From Dimorphilus gyrociliatus (lineage: Eukaryota; Animalia; Annelida): DNA of 64,000 bases. A program made the position numbers and the translations under genes. Under the pieces are notes generated by a model. The model worked only from the letters and a program-made list of their open reading frames with translations. It made no database searches and was not told the origin of the DNA. Shown piece by piece: positions 1-12,696 of this stretch; position 1 is the stretch's first letter, and the number at the start of each line of letters is the position of its first letter. Where the stretch lies: positions 806,001 through 870,000 of the forward strand of contig CAJFCJ010000003.1 in assembly GCA_904063045.1 (NCBI GenBank), in the 5' to 3' direction.

Positions 1-497
1 AAGGAAAAATAATAAATACTATACACATGAATGTATAATGTATCTGCATATTTTATTTTGGTTTATTGTTTATATTAATATACTCAATTAAATTCTATAT
101 TAATGAAATATAAGAAAACAATGATTTTATTGACATTTGTGTTTTTTTGCGAATGGGAATAACAATCGCAATTATTTTCATCTTAAAATGAGAAGAAATT
201 TAGAATATTTTGATATTTTTAGTTAATATTCAATGTATTTATAAAAAATATACTAATACTGATAAGGAGAAACTTCAATTTTTTTCAAGTTTCTTCTTCG
301 TTGAAACTAAAAGCACCAACATAGTTTTTTTGTTTGCTCTTTTCTCTGTTATTTTTTTTACCTATTCTACCAAAAATTCATTCAGTTTGTATAATTTAGA
401 GAAATCGGCGGGAAAAACTAAGTCAAAGATTGTTCTTAAATATTGAAGTAAAAAAAGAAGCAAACAAGACAAAACGTAAGGGAAATGAAAGATATGC

Positions 498-1831
498 TTA
501 AAACTCATCGTGTCTTCCTAATGCTTCTCCAAAGTCAGTTGCTTGACTTCCAACAAATAGGTCGTACTTTTCTAACACTTCGTCTTTGGTTAATTTCCCG
601 TCCTTATAAATATGGATAATATTAATTAGTTACTATTGGTCATGTGATTGTATAGAGAAGAAATATATCACTTACCTTACTAATATCCGCTTCTTGAATT
701 AAATGTTTGGCTTCTGAATCAGAATGATCGTAATCTTCAGGTATTATCCAATCTTTTACTTCGTCACGATCCATAAAACCGTCTTTATTCTTATCTCTAT
801 AATTTATAAACTGATCCCTTTCTTCCTTAATCCACGATGGTTCACTTCCATCCCCTTCTTCGTCCTCTTCACGCCATAAATCTCCTTTTTAAGGTTATTA
901 AATTAATAATACATAGTAAGCTTAGAAGAAAGATAATATATTAACAAATATTTACTTATAAACTCTTCAATATCTATTTTACCATCACCATTTCTATCAA
1001 TGTCCTCAATAGTTTCATCAACAACAACATCTCTCATATATTCTGCGTCTTCCGGATGTAGAAAGTACACAAATTCTTCTCTACTTAACAAACTATCATT
1101 ATTTAAATCAGCCTTATTCCACCTTCTTTCATCTCTTTTAATAAGATTTTTGACACTTTCATCATCTTCTTCAGTTTCGCTACCTGGTCCGTAAGTTATT
1201 CTTTTATAACTTTCAAAGTTTAACAAATTATCTTGTAAATCGTTTTTAAAGTCTTTCCAATGGTTATCAGTGTCTGTGGAGGTATATCGAGTTTGTACGT
1301 ATTGTATCCAAGTACGTAGTTCTCGTTCAGTAACAAAGCCATCACCATCCTTATCGATTTTATCATAAATTTTCCTGAAATGAAAGAATTTACTTAACTC
1401 CAAATACAATTGTTTGATTATGGATTTAACACGTTCAAATGTCTAATGTGACACTTTGAATAAGCTAAAACTGTGTATATGACGTGTATAGTTTATAAAT
1501 AGGTTGACAAACCCCAGTTTTTCTTTGCTTTCTGTTGGTGATAAATTTTCAAAGTCTTTAGCCTCATTCCTTCCTAAGAAAGCTTCATGATCGAACTCGG
1601 AATTGTGAAGTTCACCAGCTCCATGATCAATATCACTCAGTTTCTGTTGATTTTACAAAAATTAAATAACTATTTTAAAATATAAATCATTTTCTTTTCC
1701 ATGATTTTTTTTATGATAAAATTACAAACCTTTTCTAAAATTTTATTTAATTCTCTATGAGGTTTTGGTATAGCGGAAAACGTGGCAGATACAATTAGAA
1801 ATGAAAAAATTATATGACAATAAGTTTTCAT
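498..1831 (-). CDS. CALU: Calumenin/reticulocalbin (CREC family) EF-hand ER protein, 5 coding exons, 321 aa
   Basis: Exons 1730-1831, 1513-1643, 956-1374, 676-884, 498-602 join in frame (966 nt) with GT-AG ends. Signal-peptide-like N-terminus [24 protein letters not shown] motif [10 protein letters not shown]-hand loops ([37 protein letters not shown]), and C-terminal [22 protein letters not shown] with the HDEF retention signal. Confidence 0.93.
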
Positions 1832-2351
1832 AATTGATTATTCGTGATAAAAAAATTCTATTCTATCTGAAAATAAAATAAGTTGAAAGTAATTAAGTAG
1901 TAACTACCTAACTTTTACATTTGTTCTAAATTGGTTCGGATGGCATTATTTTACTACCTTAGCTGAAAAAAAAGAGTTTGTCGTGCTCCTGATCCGAACC
2001 CTGTGAACTCTTAAAAATAAAGTTGCCAACTCTGTTTTAACCAGTAAGCTTTCGAGTTATAGGTCACGAGACCAGTTTAAAGGATAGTAGCAAATCATCA
2101 TTGGGCGCATACGTGTAATACTAGCAGACGAACTTATATTAGTGCCACCTATATCCTTATATAGGAACTTCGAAGAATGCTTTTAAAGCTGAGAGTGAAA
2201 AAATTGGTACGAAAAATTCAAAGAAATTGAATTTTAATTTAATAAATAATTAATCAATTTTTTTCGATTTTAAAGACTGACTCAGTAATATTTTTTGGAA
2301 TTATTTTTGAATTTATACTCTGCGGTCTTAGTAAAACCTCCGTTTTCCAAA
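1832..2351. promoter_or_regulatory. Probable bidirectional promoter region between calumenin (-) and the RS-rich gene (+); includes a calumenin 5'UTR intron acceptor near 1867
   Basis: Divergent ATGs at 1831(-) and 2352(+) are 520 nt apart. The interval is richer in CpG than its flanks. A weak CTCF-like motif lies at 2141-2154 (rc ATATAGGTGGCACT). The TSS cannot be located from sequence. Confidence 0.5.
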
Positions 2352-5202
2352 ATGGCGTCCGACGACGAGGTAAATCTTGCTTTTATTTATTAAAGCATCT
2401 ATCTTTTTTACTTTCATGAAGTTTATGTGTTAGCAATGTGTTTGTAAAGTAAATGAATCAATAGTCTATGCATTAATAAATCTACTTTTAAGTTTTAATA
2501 TTAGTAATGAATTTTAAAACAAACTAATTAATTACGTTTCAGGACTTGGATTTGGACGCACTCAGGGCAGCTGCATTAAAGAGCTGCAACATAATTGAAA
2601 ATAAGGTTTGTATAGTTGTAACAGTTTTGATGATCATTTTTTCATATTTAATAAATGAGCAGTCCAACCTACCTAAAAGATCTAGTATACATATAAATCC
2701 ACGAAAAGTTCAAGTTTCAAACAATGCAGCGCCTTTCAACGTATTCCCAAAGAAAATCAGAGGGGTATGTTAATTGAAATTTTAATTAAAAATTCTATTA
2801 CCAAACATTTTCTCTTTGTAGCAAAACTACGAAAGACAAAATTTTAGAAGACCAGGACGAAATAAATTCCGAAGTCAAAGAAATAGTAATTTAGTTGTTC
2901 TAACCCAAGCAGAAGAGCCTACCATTCAAGCATCTCAAGTAGAAATGATCCGGCCCCAGGATAAATGGGGAGGAACAAGATCTTATGAAAAGAAAATAAA
3001 TAAAGGTATGGATAAAACCTTGTTTTTTCTTTTTTTCGAATAATAATATTTTCTAAAAAGAAAAATTGAAAAAAACCTGAAAATAAACTTTATATAAGTT
3101 AAAAGAAAAAAAAGAAAAAGAATATTAAAGGTTTAATTAATTAGTTTGCACAATTTTTTCATTTTTGAAATGTCCCATGAAATGACATACAACTTATTTG
3201 TTCAATTTTCAAACAAAAATCAATAAAAAGAATATATTCATTCATATATTGATTACGTAATTCTTGTTTATTTGATACATAGCTAATTAATTAGTAAAAA
3301 TATTTCTATTATAAGATGATAAATATCTTGAAAAGGTGTTTTTTTTATTGTTTTATTAGTTAAGCTAGTTTCAAAGTATTTTTATGTTATCTATTTATTT
3401 ATATATAAAATGTTCTTTAAACGTAATAAATGATTTACGTTTATTATATTTATATTCTGTTTATATGCTCTATTAAGTCTATTATACTTTTGTTTTCCTT
3501 TTTTTTTCCTTTACATGTTTATTTTTTTCGTCATTTATTTAGATTGTGCCGATAAATTTAAACGCTATGATAATTCGGAATCAGAAGAGGAGGTTAATAG
3601 TAGAACTTCAACACCGCCTATGGACGATTTACTCTCTGATGATAATATAGAAGCAGTGGAAAAGCTGGATGAGAATTCTTTCCCTAATGAAGACGTTTTA
3701 AGTAGTACGAAAGACGAGGATATTGAGTTGAATGACAACGATTTGTTGAATAGTGAAAAATTTGATTCTGACGAAGAATTTGATGGAGACTGTCTAAAAG
3801 ATGAACTAACAAACAGTTCTAGGGAAAATAATGATATTCTTGACGAACAGGATACAGATGACAAGGATATATCAAAAGAACAACTAGAACTCTTTAACCA
3901 CAAGAGTGACGACGATTTTCTGCAGATTGAGGAGGAGGAGGAGCAAGAAGAAAGAAATCATGAACATAGGAAACGAGCCGACAGTGAGACTAGTGCTCTC
4001 TCATTACGAGCACCAAGCGACTATGATGATATTTTAGATGAGAGTGGAGACGAAAAAAATGAAGAAAAATTACAAACTCCAAGAGTTCGCTCAAGGAGCC
4101 CAGTCATGCAGCGCCGTGCACATGATCGTGTTCGAAATTCCCCACCTTATTCCGATGACGGCCGAAAGCAGAGAGAACGAGATCGTCGAAGAGGTCGTCA
4201 TAGGAAAGAAAAGAAAAGCAGATCCAGGTCGAGGTCAAGAAGGTTTCCCAGAGAAAACAGCATCGAAAGCAAAAGCATTCGGAGTGTCAAGAATTCAACA
4301 GCTAACAACTCAAGAGACTGTAGTAGAAGTCCAGGTAAATTTGACCAATAATAACTTTAATTTAAAGAAACACTCTCATAGTTACTATTAAGTTATTTTT
4401 CCGAACTATAAAAGTTTAAGCGCGGTATCTAGTATTTACTATCAAAACTTGTGAAATAGTAATAAAATAGAACGTTAAGCTTGGAAGATTTTATAAATGC
4501 TTTATTCTTTAATAAGAAATTCAAACTTTTTAACTCAGTAAAGATAACTTTATTTCTCAATGCCAAAAAATATGTTCGAAATATTTATAACAAACAATAC
4601 TTTATTCTTGTTTGTATTAAGCATTTACAAAACTCTGGTACACATACGTAATATATGCTTTTATATATTTTATATAAAGCTATATTTGACATACAAGTCT
4701 AGATAACTCTATATAATATTTGATTCAGTTAATAAATATAAAATGCACAGTTGATGATCAATAAAAATAATAGTAGAAATGAAGACATTTCAAAGATCTG
4801 GGGGATTATAAATATTCTATAACGATTAGATATCACTACGTTACATGAAGTGTACAATTCTGTGATATTTTGTCTGAAATACAATTAGAACAATTTTTCA
4901 AAGTAAAGGAAGGTTTTTGAAGTATTTGCAATGATTTTGAAGAACATCTGTTTGGTTTTATTTTTTCTTTGCTATAAATTTCTTTGGTTCAAAAACTCAG
5001 AGGAAACTTTGTATCATATACAATTATTAGGCGTGAAGTGCAGTAGGTGGAGAAAGAACTAAGTAATTTTTTTTTTACAGCGCCATCTAGAACCTCTGTT
5101 CATGATCGTTTGGGGCAAAGACTAGATGGAACTTCACGAAGTCATCCAAGTAGTCCAAAAAGAGATAGTCGTTCTAGAAGAGTAGTGGAGAAAATACATT
5201 AG
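2352..5202 (+). CDS. Uncharacterised acidic + Arg/Ser-rich putative nuclear/RNA-processing protein, 6 exons, 426 aa
   Basis: Exons 2352-2369, 2543-2605, 2663-2764, 2822-3005, 3543-4334, 5081-5202 join in frame (1281 nt) with GT-AG ends. The protein starts MASDDEDLDLDALRAAALKS, has a long D/E tract, an RS tract (SRSRSRSRR) and C-terminal SVHDRLG. No folded domain recognised. Confidence 0.75.
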
Positions 5203-7144
5203 AGGTGATTATAAAACTCTAAAAAGATTTCATTATCATGCATTATGGCTAGAAAAAAAAATCATCTTTAAAAAAGCGCCTGAAAATGAAGAGTTATGTG
5301 GATTAAAAAACAAACCAAACAAAATGCACAAAACTTAACATAATGCTAAAACTCAAATGTTACTTAAAAACAAACAAAAAGGAAAAAAAAACACTGAGAG
5401 TTTTGTTTTTCCTTTCTAATTTTTTTTTTTTAATGTACAAAAGAATATTTTTTACTTGATAAAAAAAAAAAACCAACAGCAACAAAATACTGTTAAAAGT
5501 AATGAAGAACATATATTTCTTTTTGCATTTTTTGAAATGCGCAAATAAACTAGCTACTTGTAGTAAAAGAAAAAAAAATTATAAAAGAAATACAATACGA
5601 CCAACCTGAAAAAAAAAATATTTGATAAAATATCTCAGGGAAAACAATAATAATATTCATATATACTTTAAATACTGTACAAATAGAAGTAATCATTTCT
5701 GCTTCTTTTTTTTTCCCTCGTTGACTAATATACAGTATACAATATCTTAATGTACTTATATAAATATGGATATAGGGAATTATATAAAATATGTAAATAT
5801 TTTGTACCTAATGTCAAAATATGAATATTATGCTATTAAGAAAGAATTTTTGTCTGTTATTTGACAATTATTTAAACTTAGTATGAGAAGGAAACAATAT
5901 TAATCTATCGTTTATTGAACTTAATATTGCTACTGCACTTAATTATACTCATACTATTTATGTTAATCTGTTCATGATTTACATTGAAAACTGTAAGTCT
6001 TAAATTTCATTAACGTTCCGAGTTGAATGTAAAATGGAAAGCTTGAATTTCAATCTTAAGGAAGTTGTACCTATATATGTCTATATAGATATAATCTTTA
6101 AAGGGAAAAGAAGGGGAAAAAGTCAAAAATTTGCTTAGAGAAATTTCTTTACGTCCTTTATTATATTTCTTCTAGGATGAAGAAGAGAAGATTGAATCGT
6201 TTATTAACCTACTTGACTTTTTTTTATACATAAAAAACTACAATTGTGTTTCTTTTCATTTTTTTCTACTTCGTCATCTAAATATGTGTGAAAATTTCGC
6301 ATATACGTATGTTATATATGTAAGCAAGAATGGATTTATGTCTACGTTTGTACATATCTACGTCTTCAACAGCCAAGGAGACATTTTTCCAAGAAAATTT
6401 AATATATTTTAAAAAGAGTATGCATTTGGTTGTTCAAATGTGTTTTTTTAGCAATTTCATATATATATTAGTATATATAAATATTTTATTTCTTTACATT
6501 TCTCTCAATTCTTTTATATGGTGCTATTTTTCCTGCAGAAAGTTTTAAGAAGATAAAAAAAATTCAATACAGAATTTAAGAAATATCATATATTTTGCCT
6601 AATTCCTTTTTAGGGTTGTTTTATTTGATCTAAATAATGAAAATAGGGTATATTTTTTTCAATGTATATAATCAACTACTTATATTATATCTTCTTAACA
6701 AAACAAAAATGTTTTCTTAGTAGGATAATAAAGATTTATCGCGATGATAAGAGAAACAGTTGTAAGTCTATTAATTAAAATCCTTGAAAATTTTTGCTAA
6801 AGTTTCTACTCTAATGTAACGAATTGACTAAAATGTAATATGATAGCCTATAGGTACTTAAATATTTCAATTACTATTACGTTTTTAGACTATAATTCTT
6901 CATCCTTCCTAATTTTCTTCTATTTATCTCGAATAAATGATAAATATCTATATAGTGGTATAGAAACTGTAATAATAAGCCTAGAATAGAGCGAGTTAAC
7001 AAAAACGTTATTATTAGATAATTGTCTCAATTTATTTATTGTGTTTATCAGCATGGAACTGTATGTATTTTCCGTATCTTTACAAATCTATCTTAACTTG
7101 GAATCAAAAAAAAGAGAAGAAAACAAGATGACAGTTTTCCAAAA

Positions 7145-7182
<38 letters not shown>

Positions 7183-7326
7183 CAGATATAAATATATATA
7201 TAAAGTTTATAATGAATTAAACGAAATATAATAATAAAACGGAAAGAGTTTTTCGAAGTGTACAAAAAGAGACGAAGAAAAGAGATGGCAAGTAAAAAGA
7301 GTAGGAACCAGCCCACTCTTAAATAT

Positions 7327-8598
7327 CTACTTTCGGCTTGACGATGAGGAACCCTGTCGATCTCTGAAAGATGTTGCCGAACCTTTTCGTTCTTTAACTC
7401 TTCTTAAAGAGTCATTTGAACCTCTTTTAGCCGAATTCGTCCTTCTCAGCGGGCCGCCACTCTCTCTTTGCTGATGGTGAGCTTTTATGACCTCACCAGC
7501 CGCCTGTGTTGCAGCAATATCGATAACAGCGTAGGGAACTGTTTCTTTTGGCGGTTTAGGCCTATTCTTCTTTGTAGTCGATCTCGTAAAATCGATTTCG
7601 GCGTAGTTCAGGGCCGGATTTGCTATTTCGGCCCTGGGAGAGGTCATATTCACGTAATCGTGACTTTCCTTTGACTTTGCCGATTTGGGGCTTTCGCCAT
7701 CATTGGAGGATGGATACGACATTGAATCGAAGCTAAATACTGACGATTTTGAAGACGGTGTATACTGAGCTGCAGGTGACCTCCTGTCGACTTTATAGTA
7801 TTCCTGACCGTGTTTTGGCTTCGACTGAGTCGTTGAAAGTGTGGTCGATTGGACTGTTGTTAATAAACGGTCGTGGCTTTGACTTTGACTTGGGCGGGAA
7901 GAAGTAGTGCTGCCTCCTATTAAAACGGAGAGAAAATTCATTAAAATGTCGGAAATAGTTAAATATTTAAGCGGAAAAAGAAATAGATATTGTCGGCTAT
8001 TGGCAGTTTCCGCTCTCTTATTTCTCCTTATCCTTTTCTAAGGTATTTATAGACCTACAGTTAATCACTAAAATTTCCTGTTGGGAAGCCTTATGATTTT
8101 TACTTGAAAAAAAAAACTGGAAAATTCCAGTTTTTAATTAACGCTAACAAAAATCCGCAGTAATCGCGATAAATAATATATAACGATATTTAAAAAAAAT
8201 CACTAACGATATAAACAATGCACTCATTTTCTTTCCTTTAAAAGCGAGAAATGGCAAGAGGAGGAGGGTGGAGGGGGGCTGGAGAAGAAAGGTAGAGGGA
8301 ATTGGAAGAAATAAGACCGCTTCTTTTGCGTGAATGTGCGCAACAAGAGTCGTAAAGGAAAGAAAAACTAATTCGAAAAAAAACAATGAAATATAACAAA
8401 TATAAGAGTGGGAGGCGGAGGAGTAGATGCAAGGATAATGGCTAAGAGAGAAACTGAGGAGATTAAATATATACCCTTTTGTCTTTACCTCGAAAATTAA
8501 ATTACTTGTATAGATTTTACGTAAGTTAAATTAAACTTTTTATATATTAATTTTTATTTCTAATTAATACTGCAATGCCGTGCTGTTTCAGCTCTTTT

Positions 8599-8637
<39 letters not shown>

Positions 8638-10680
8638 CCTGTATGTTTCTTTTTGTATGATTATTTTACTTCTCTGATAGCGACAAGAGATGAGTGTTGG
8701 AATAACTATATCAATAAATTGAAGACAACGAAATAATAAGTCATCCATTATCTCCAACGGTAAGGCTTAAAAAAGAGAGACTTAAAAGGTGTGCGTTAGT
8801 TTTAAGGAAACGCTATCTGTATAAATATTAGCAGCTCTAAGTTATGAATTTGCTTCGTTTGACCTTTTAAAACGCTGCAGTTTAGCAGCTTCACGAAAGA
8901 CGCCTACTCATTTTCCTTTTATCTGGATAGAAAATAAAAGCATGCTTAAAGCAACTTTTCCCTTTTTCTTAAGAGAAAATACAATTATTAAAGATCTGAC
9001 TAAAACTCTTTGCCCTCGTGAATAGAAATTGTATTACACTATTTGATTGCACGAAGACTGCTGATTCTTTATTTCCTTTAGCAAAGATATCTTTTAGGTT
9101 CACTATTCTATTTTTTTTTCTTTTTTTTTACCTAATCATCATTTGATTCTTTCCTTTGATATCTCTCGGCCATTTTAAATTTGTACAAAAGATAATTTAA
9201 ATTCAATTGATTATTAAGATAATACTAATTGTATCAATCGACTAAATAGCTAAAAAACAAAACAACCTACCAATCATCAGAAATTATACAAGAAAATTTC
9301 CTATTGACTTCTTACGCCTACGCTTCGCTAAACAAACAATTGAAATTTGTTAAATTCTTGGACGTATTTTAATTACACTTGTTGATTTATAATAAAAATT
9401 TCTCTCAACCTACCAGATGTACAGCTTCTTATTAGGATGCTATCCAGAAAAAAACGCATTTACTGAACTTGTGGGCGTCTGAACTGACAATCACCACTAG
9501 ACGCCTTTTTTTATACATGTCTAGGCGTCGCCAGAGTAGTTTCCTATGACGTCACTCCCTTATCCCCAAGCCGTCCCCTCTCCTTTTTACGATAGAGGGG
9601 GAGGGGAAAGCAAACGCTTAATCAGCGTAATTTTTTTGCGGGTTGCAAAATTTTGCGATAGAAAATGCGAGAAAAGAGGCTATCGATCTTTACTAAAATT
9701 TCAATAGATGAGAATTGATAAGCGCCATCTTGAATTTTTGCATAGCGACCTTGAGCTAGACTATTGGTAAAAAAGAACCAAAAATAGAATTTCTGGTAGA
9801 AAACGATTTTTTGCGGAAATTCTTTTCCCTGGGCTTCATCGTGCAAAATTGATGGACGGAATCGTGAGTTTGCCTCCTACGCTGCAGCTCGTGACAAGCT
9901 GCCAATGTCCTTGATTTCTCTTTTTTCTTCACGCAGGTCACAATTTTGCCGATGTATAGAATCACGTAGAATTAATTGAAATTAATTAAAAAGCTGCTAG
10001 GCTCATTTCCCCTTTTCTTGCTTATCTACCGTACATCTCTGTGTACTTCTCTTTATTGTTATGCTTAGAAAAATTCTAATTGTAGTTATGTAGTTTGTAA
10101 CAATAAAAGATGAATATAAAAAGTGAAAGGTAGCGAGAGGGAGAGAATAAGATAAGCGAAAAGAGAGAATAAAACTATTAATAGGATCTAATTGATATAT
10201 ATATATATATATCATTAAAAGTAGACGCAATGTGAAAAAGAGCAAAGAAAAAAGAGAAAAAAAGCTTTTGATTTGGGTTTGAAGGGAATGATAGCAAAAA
10301 TTACAGATAGACTAATAATAAATATTTACTCAAAGTAAAAAGAGGGGAAAATAAAATTCAATCGATAGGTTAAAAGTACTATACGTTTGAGGAAAGGACG
10401 TTATAACTATATAATTAATTTTACGTTTGTTTGTAGTCTTATTTCAAGTTTGCGTAAGTTATCTATATGAAAAGTTTACGATATCATTCATAAGAATTAA
10501 TATGCTTAGTGTTAACATATACACGAAAAGATACGCTAATATGTATATGATAGACAGAAAGATAAATAGCTTAGATGAGATATATACAGAGACTCATAAA
10601 TATAATACATATACATTTATGTAAACGACTATCTATCTATTTGTCTATCCATCTATCTATCTATCCCATCTATCTATTCA

Positions 10681-10713
<33 letters not shown>

Positions 10714-12660
10714 TTTTTTAAGAAGTTGAAAACTAGATGAAGAAGAAGAAAAAAAAGTGATAATCTTCGGTATGTAAAGAAGCGAGTAATGTCACTAAAT
10801 GAATTAATTAATTGAATAAAAAATTGAGTTTTTAATTGCTTTTCCTAAATTTTCTTTTTAACAGAAGTACATTATTTCAAATACGATAAAGGTATCGTAG
10901 ATATTAAATAACTATTACCAATTTTTACCCTTCGACCTAAAATATTCTCCAATGCAGTTGTGCGGAGGCTGCATACCAGCCCTAATACATTAGATAGAAA
11001 TGCGCAAATGGCATATAAACAACAAACAAGACAAAAGAAATATATAAGATAAAAATAACATATAAAAAGAGACAAAACAAGAAAAAGTTATTTATACATA
11101 GTTGGATTATTTTTAAGACACATCAATATGCTTGAAATTGCGTGTAATAAGCAAAAATGATATATGGATATCTCTACATATACATTGTGTATATATTAGT
11201 ATATAAAGTAGTAAGTATACTACACGATCTTGAAAAGGATACAGTAGGTCATCTCTACTCAATAAACTATTATATAAAAATCTATATCGTTAACATTAAA
11301 AATATGAAAATATCATCACGCAAATTGTACAATCATGACAAACCGACTTTTAAAAAAAGAAACATACTGCCAATGGATTTGGGTTTATATGTGATACGCT
11401 TGTATATTTATACGCATGTACATACTACTTATAGGAGTCATGTTACATTTATTAATCTATTATCCCTTATAGATAATTATTCACTATTTAGAGTTAATAA
11501 TTTCTTTTAATAAGCTAAAGAAATATAGAAAGAAGCTAAAAGTCTAACAAAGTTCAATAACCCCTTATTATTATTAGTTCATTTAATCATTCTTTTCTTT
11601 TTCTTTACCTCTTTTTCTCTTTTAACAAAAGAATAAATTAGGCTAATTTTATTTTTTCCTTTTTTTCTTCTTAAAACTAATTTTACTTTTGTTTTCTTTT
11701 TTCTTTTATTCCAGAGTATTTAAAATTTATTTCCGGATCTTTTACATATTGAAAACGACAAGAAAAAAATCAATAAGATATCGTGAGTTAGCATCCCCCA
11801 CTTTATATCGTGATTAGATTGCCAGTCACGACAAACAGGACTAGAAGTTTGGGACGATTTTATTTAGAAATTCAATGTCATACTGATTTGGGTATACATG
11901 CTTATTGTAAAGTATACACACCGTATATTAAAATAGTATTGTCGAGATTTTCTTTTGCGATTTTTACGTTAACAATAATAGACACTTGCGTATATCTATG
12001 TACTAACTGTAGTATACAATTATTTCTAAAAATAGACAGATTTTCTCTCGTTCTCTTTCTCTTTCTTTCTATATATATAAATATCAGCTAGATTATATGA
12101 ACATTAGATATTCTACTTAAAGACATTCTCTAATTTTCCAGGCACCTTTATAAATAGATATTATATGCATGCAGCTATATATTTACAAATACTACGACTG
12201 TTGTGAATGACGAGAAACAATGGCATTAACTAGAATCTAATTTTCTATTCATTTTCTCTCTTCCCTGGACGATGAAAAACACACCTGTCTATCTACACAT
12301 GGGAGAAAAAAAACTTGCAAACTACCAATATTCACAATGCTAAATAATGAGCATTAACCTAAAAAATATCATAATTCACCATTACCGAGATAACAAATCA
12401 ATTGAGTATATCATCTGCGCTTAAGTCTATTTTTATATCTTTAACTTTTGTCTTATTTTTTTTATTTCAATAGTTATATTGTCATGAAGCTAAACTTTTT
12501 CACACGTTGTTTTTATATCTATTCAAGTTGTGCTAAAAAAAATCCATGTACTTTTCTTCACGGTAACGTTAATAGACTGTATAATATAATAATATCTATA
12601 GTCTTAATGGCTGCTTATACACAGGTACATGATTAAAAATAACATGTTTATATATATATA

Positions 12661-12696
<36 letters not shown>

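Noticed and set aside
1000-1194. Plus-strand 64-aa Ser-rich ORF
   Set aside because: Antisense shadow of calumenin exon 3. The same applies to 3565-3903, 4038-4391, 7468-7674, 14313-14585, 15394-15585, 16940-17125, 17517-17699, 18147-18425, 29349-29540, 31403-31585, 32209-32487, 42975-43163, 48317-48499 and 48403-48606, which are antisense or off-frame overlaps of real exons.
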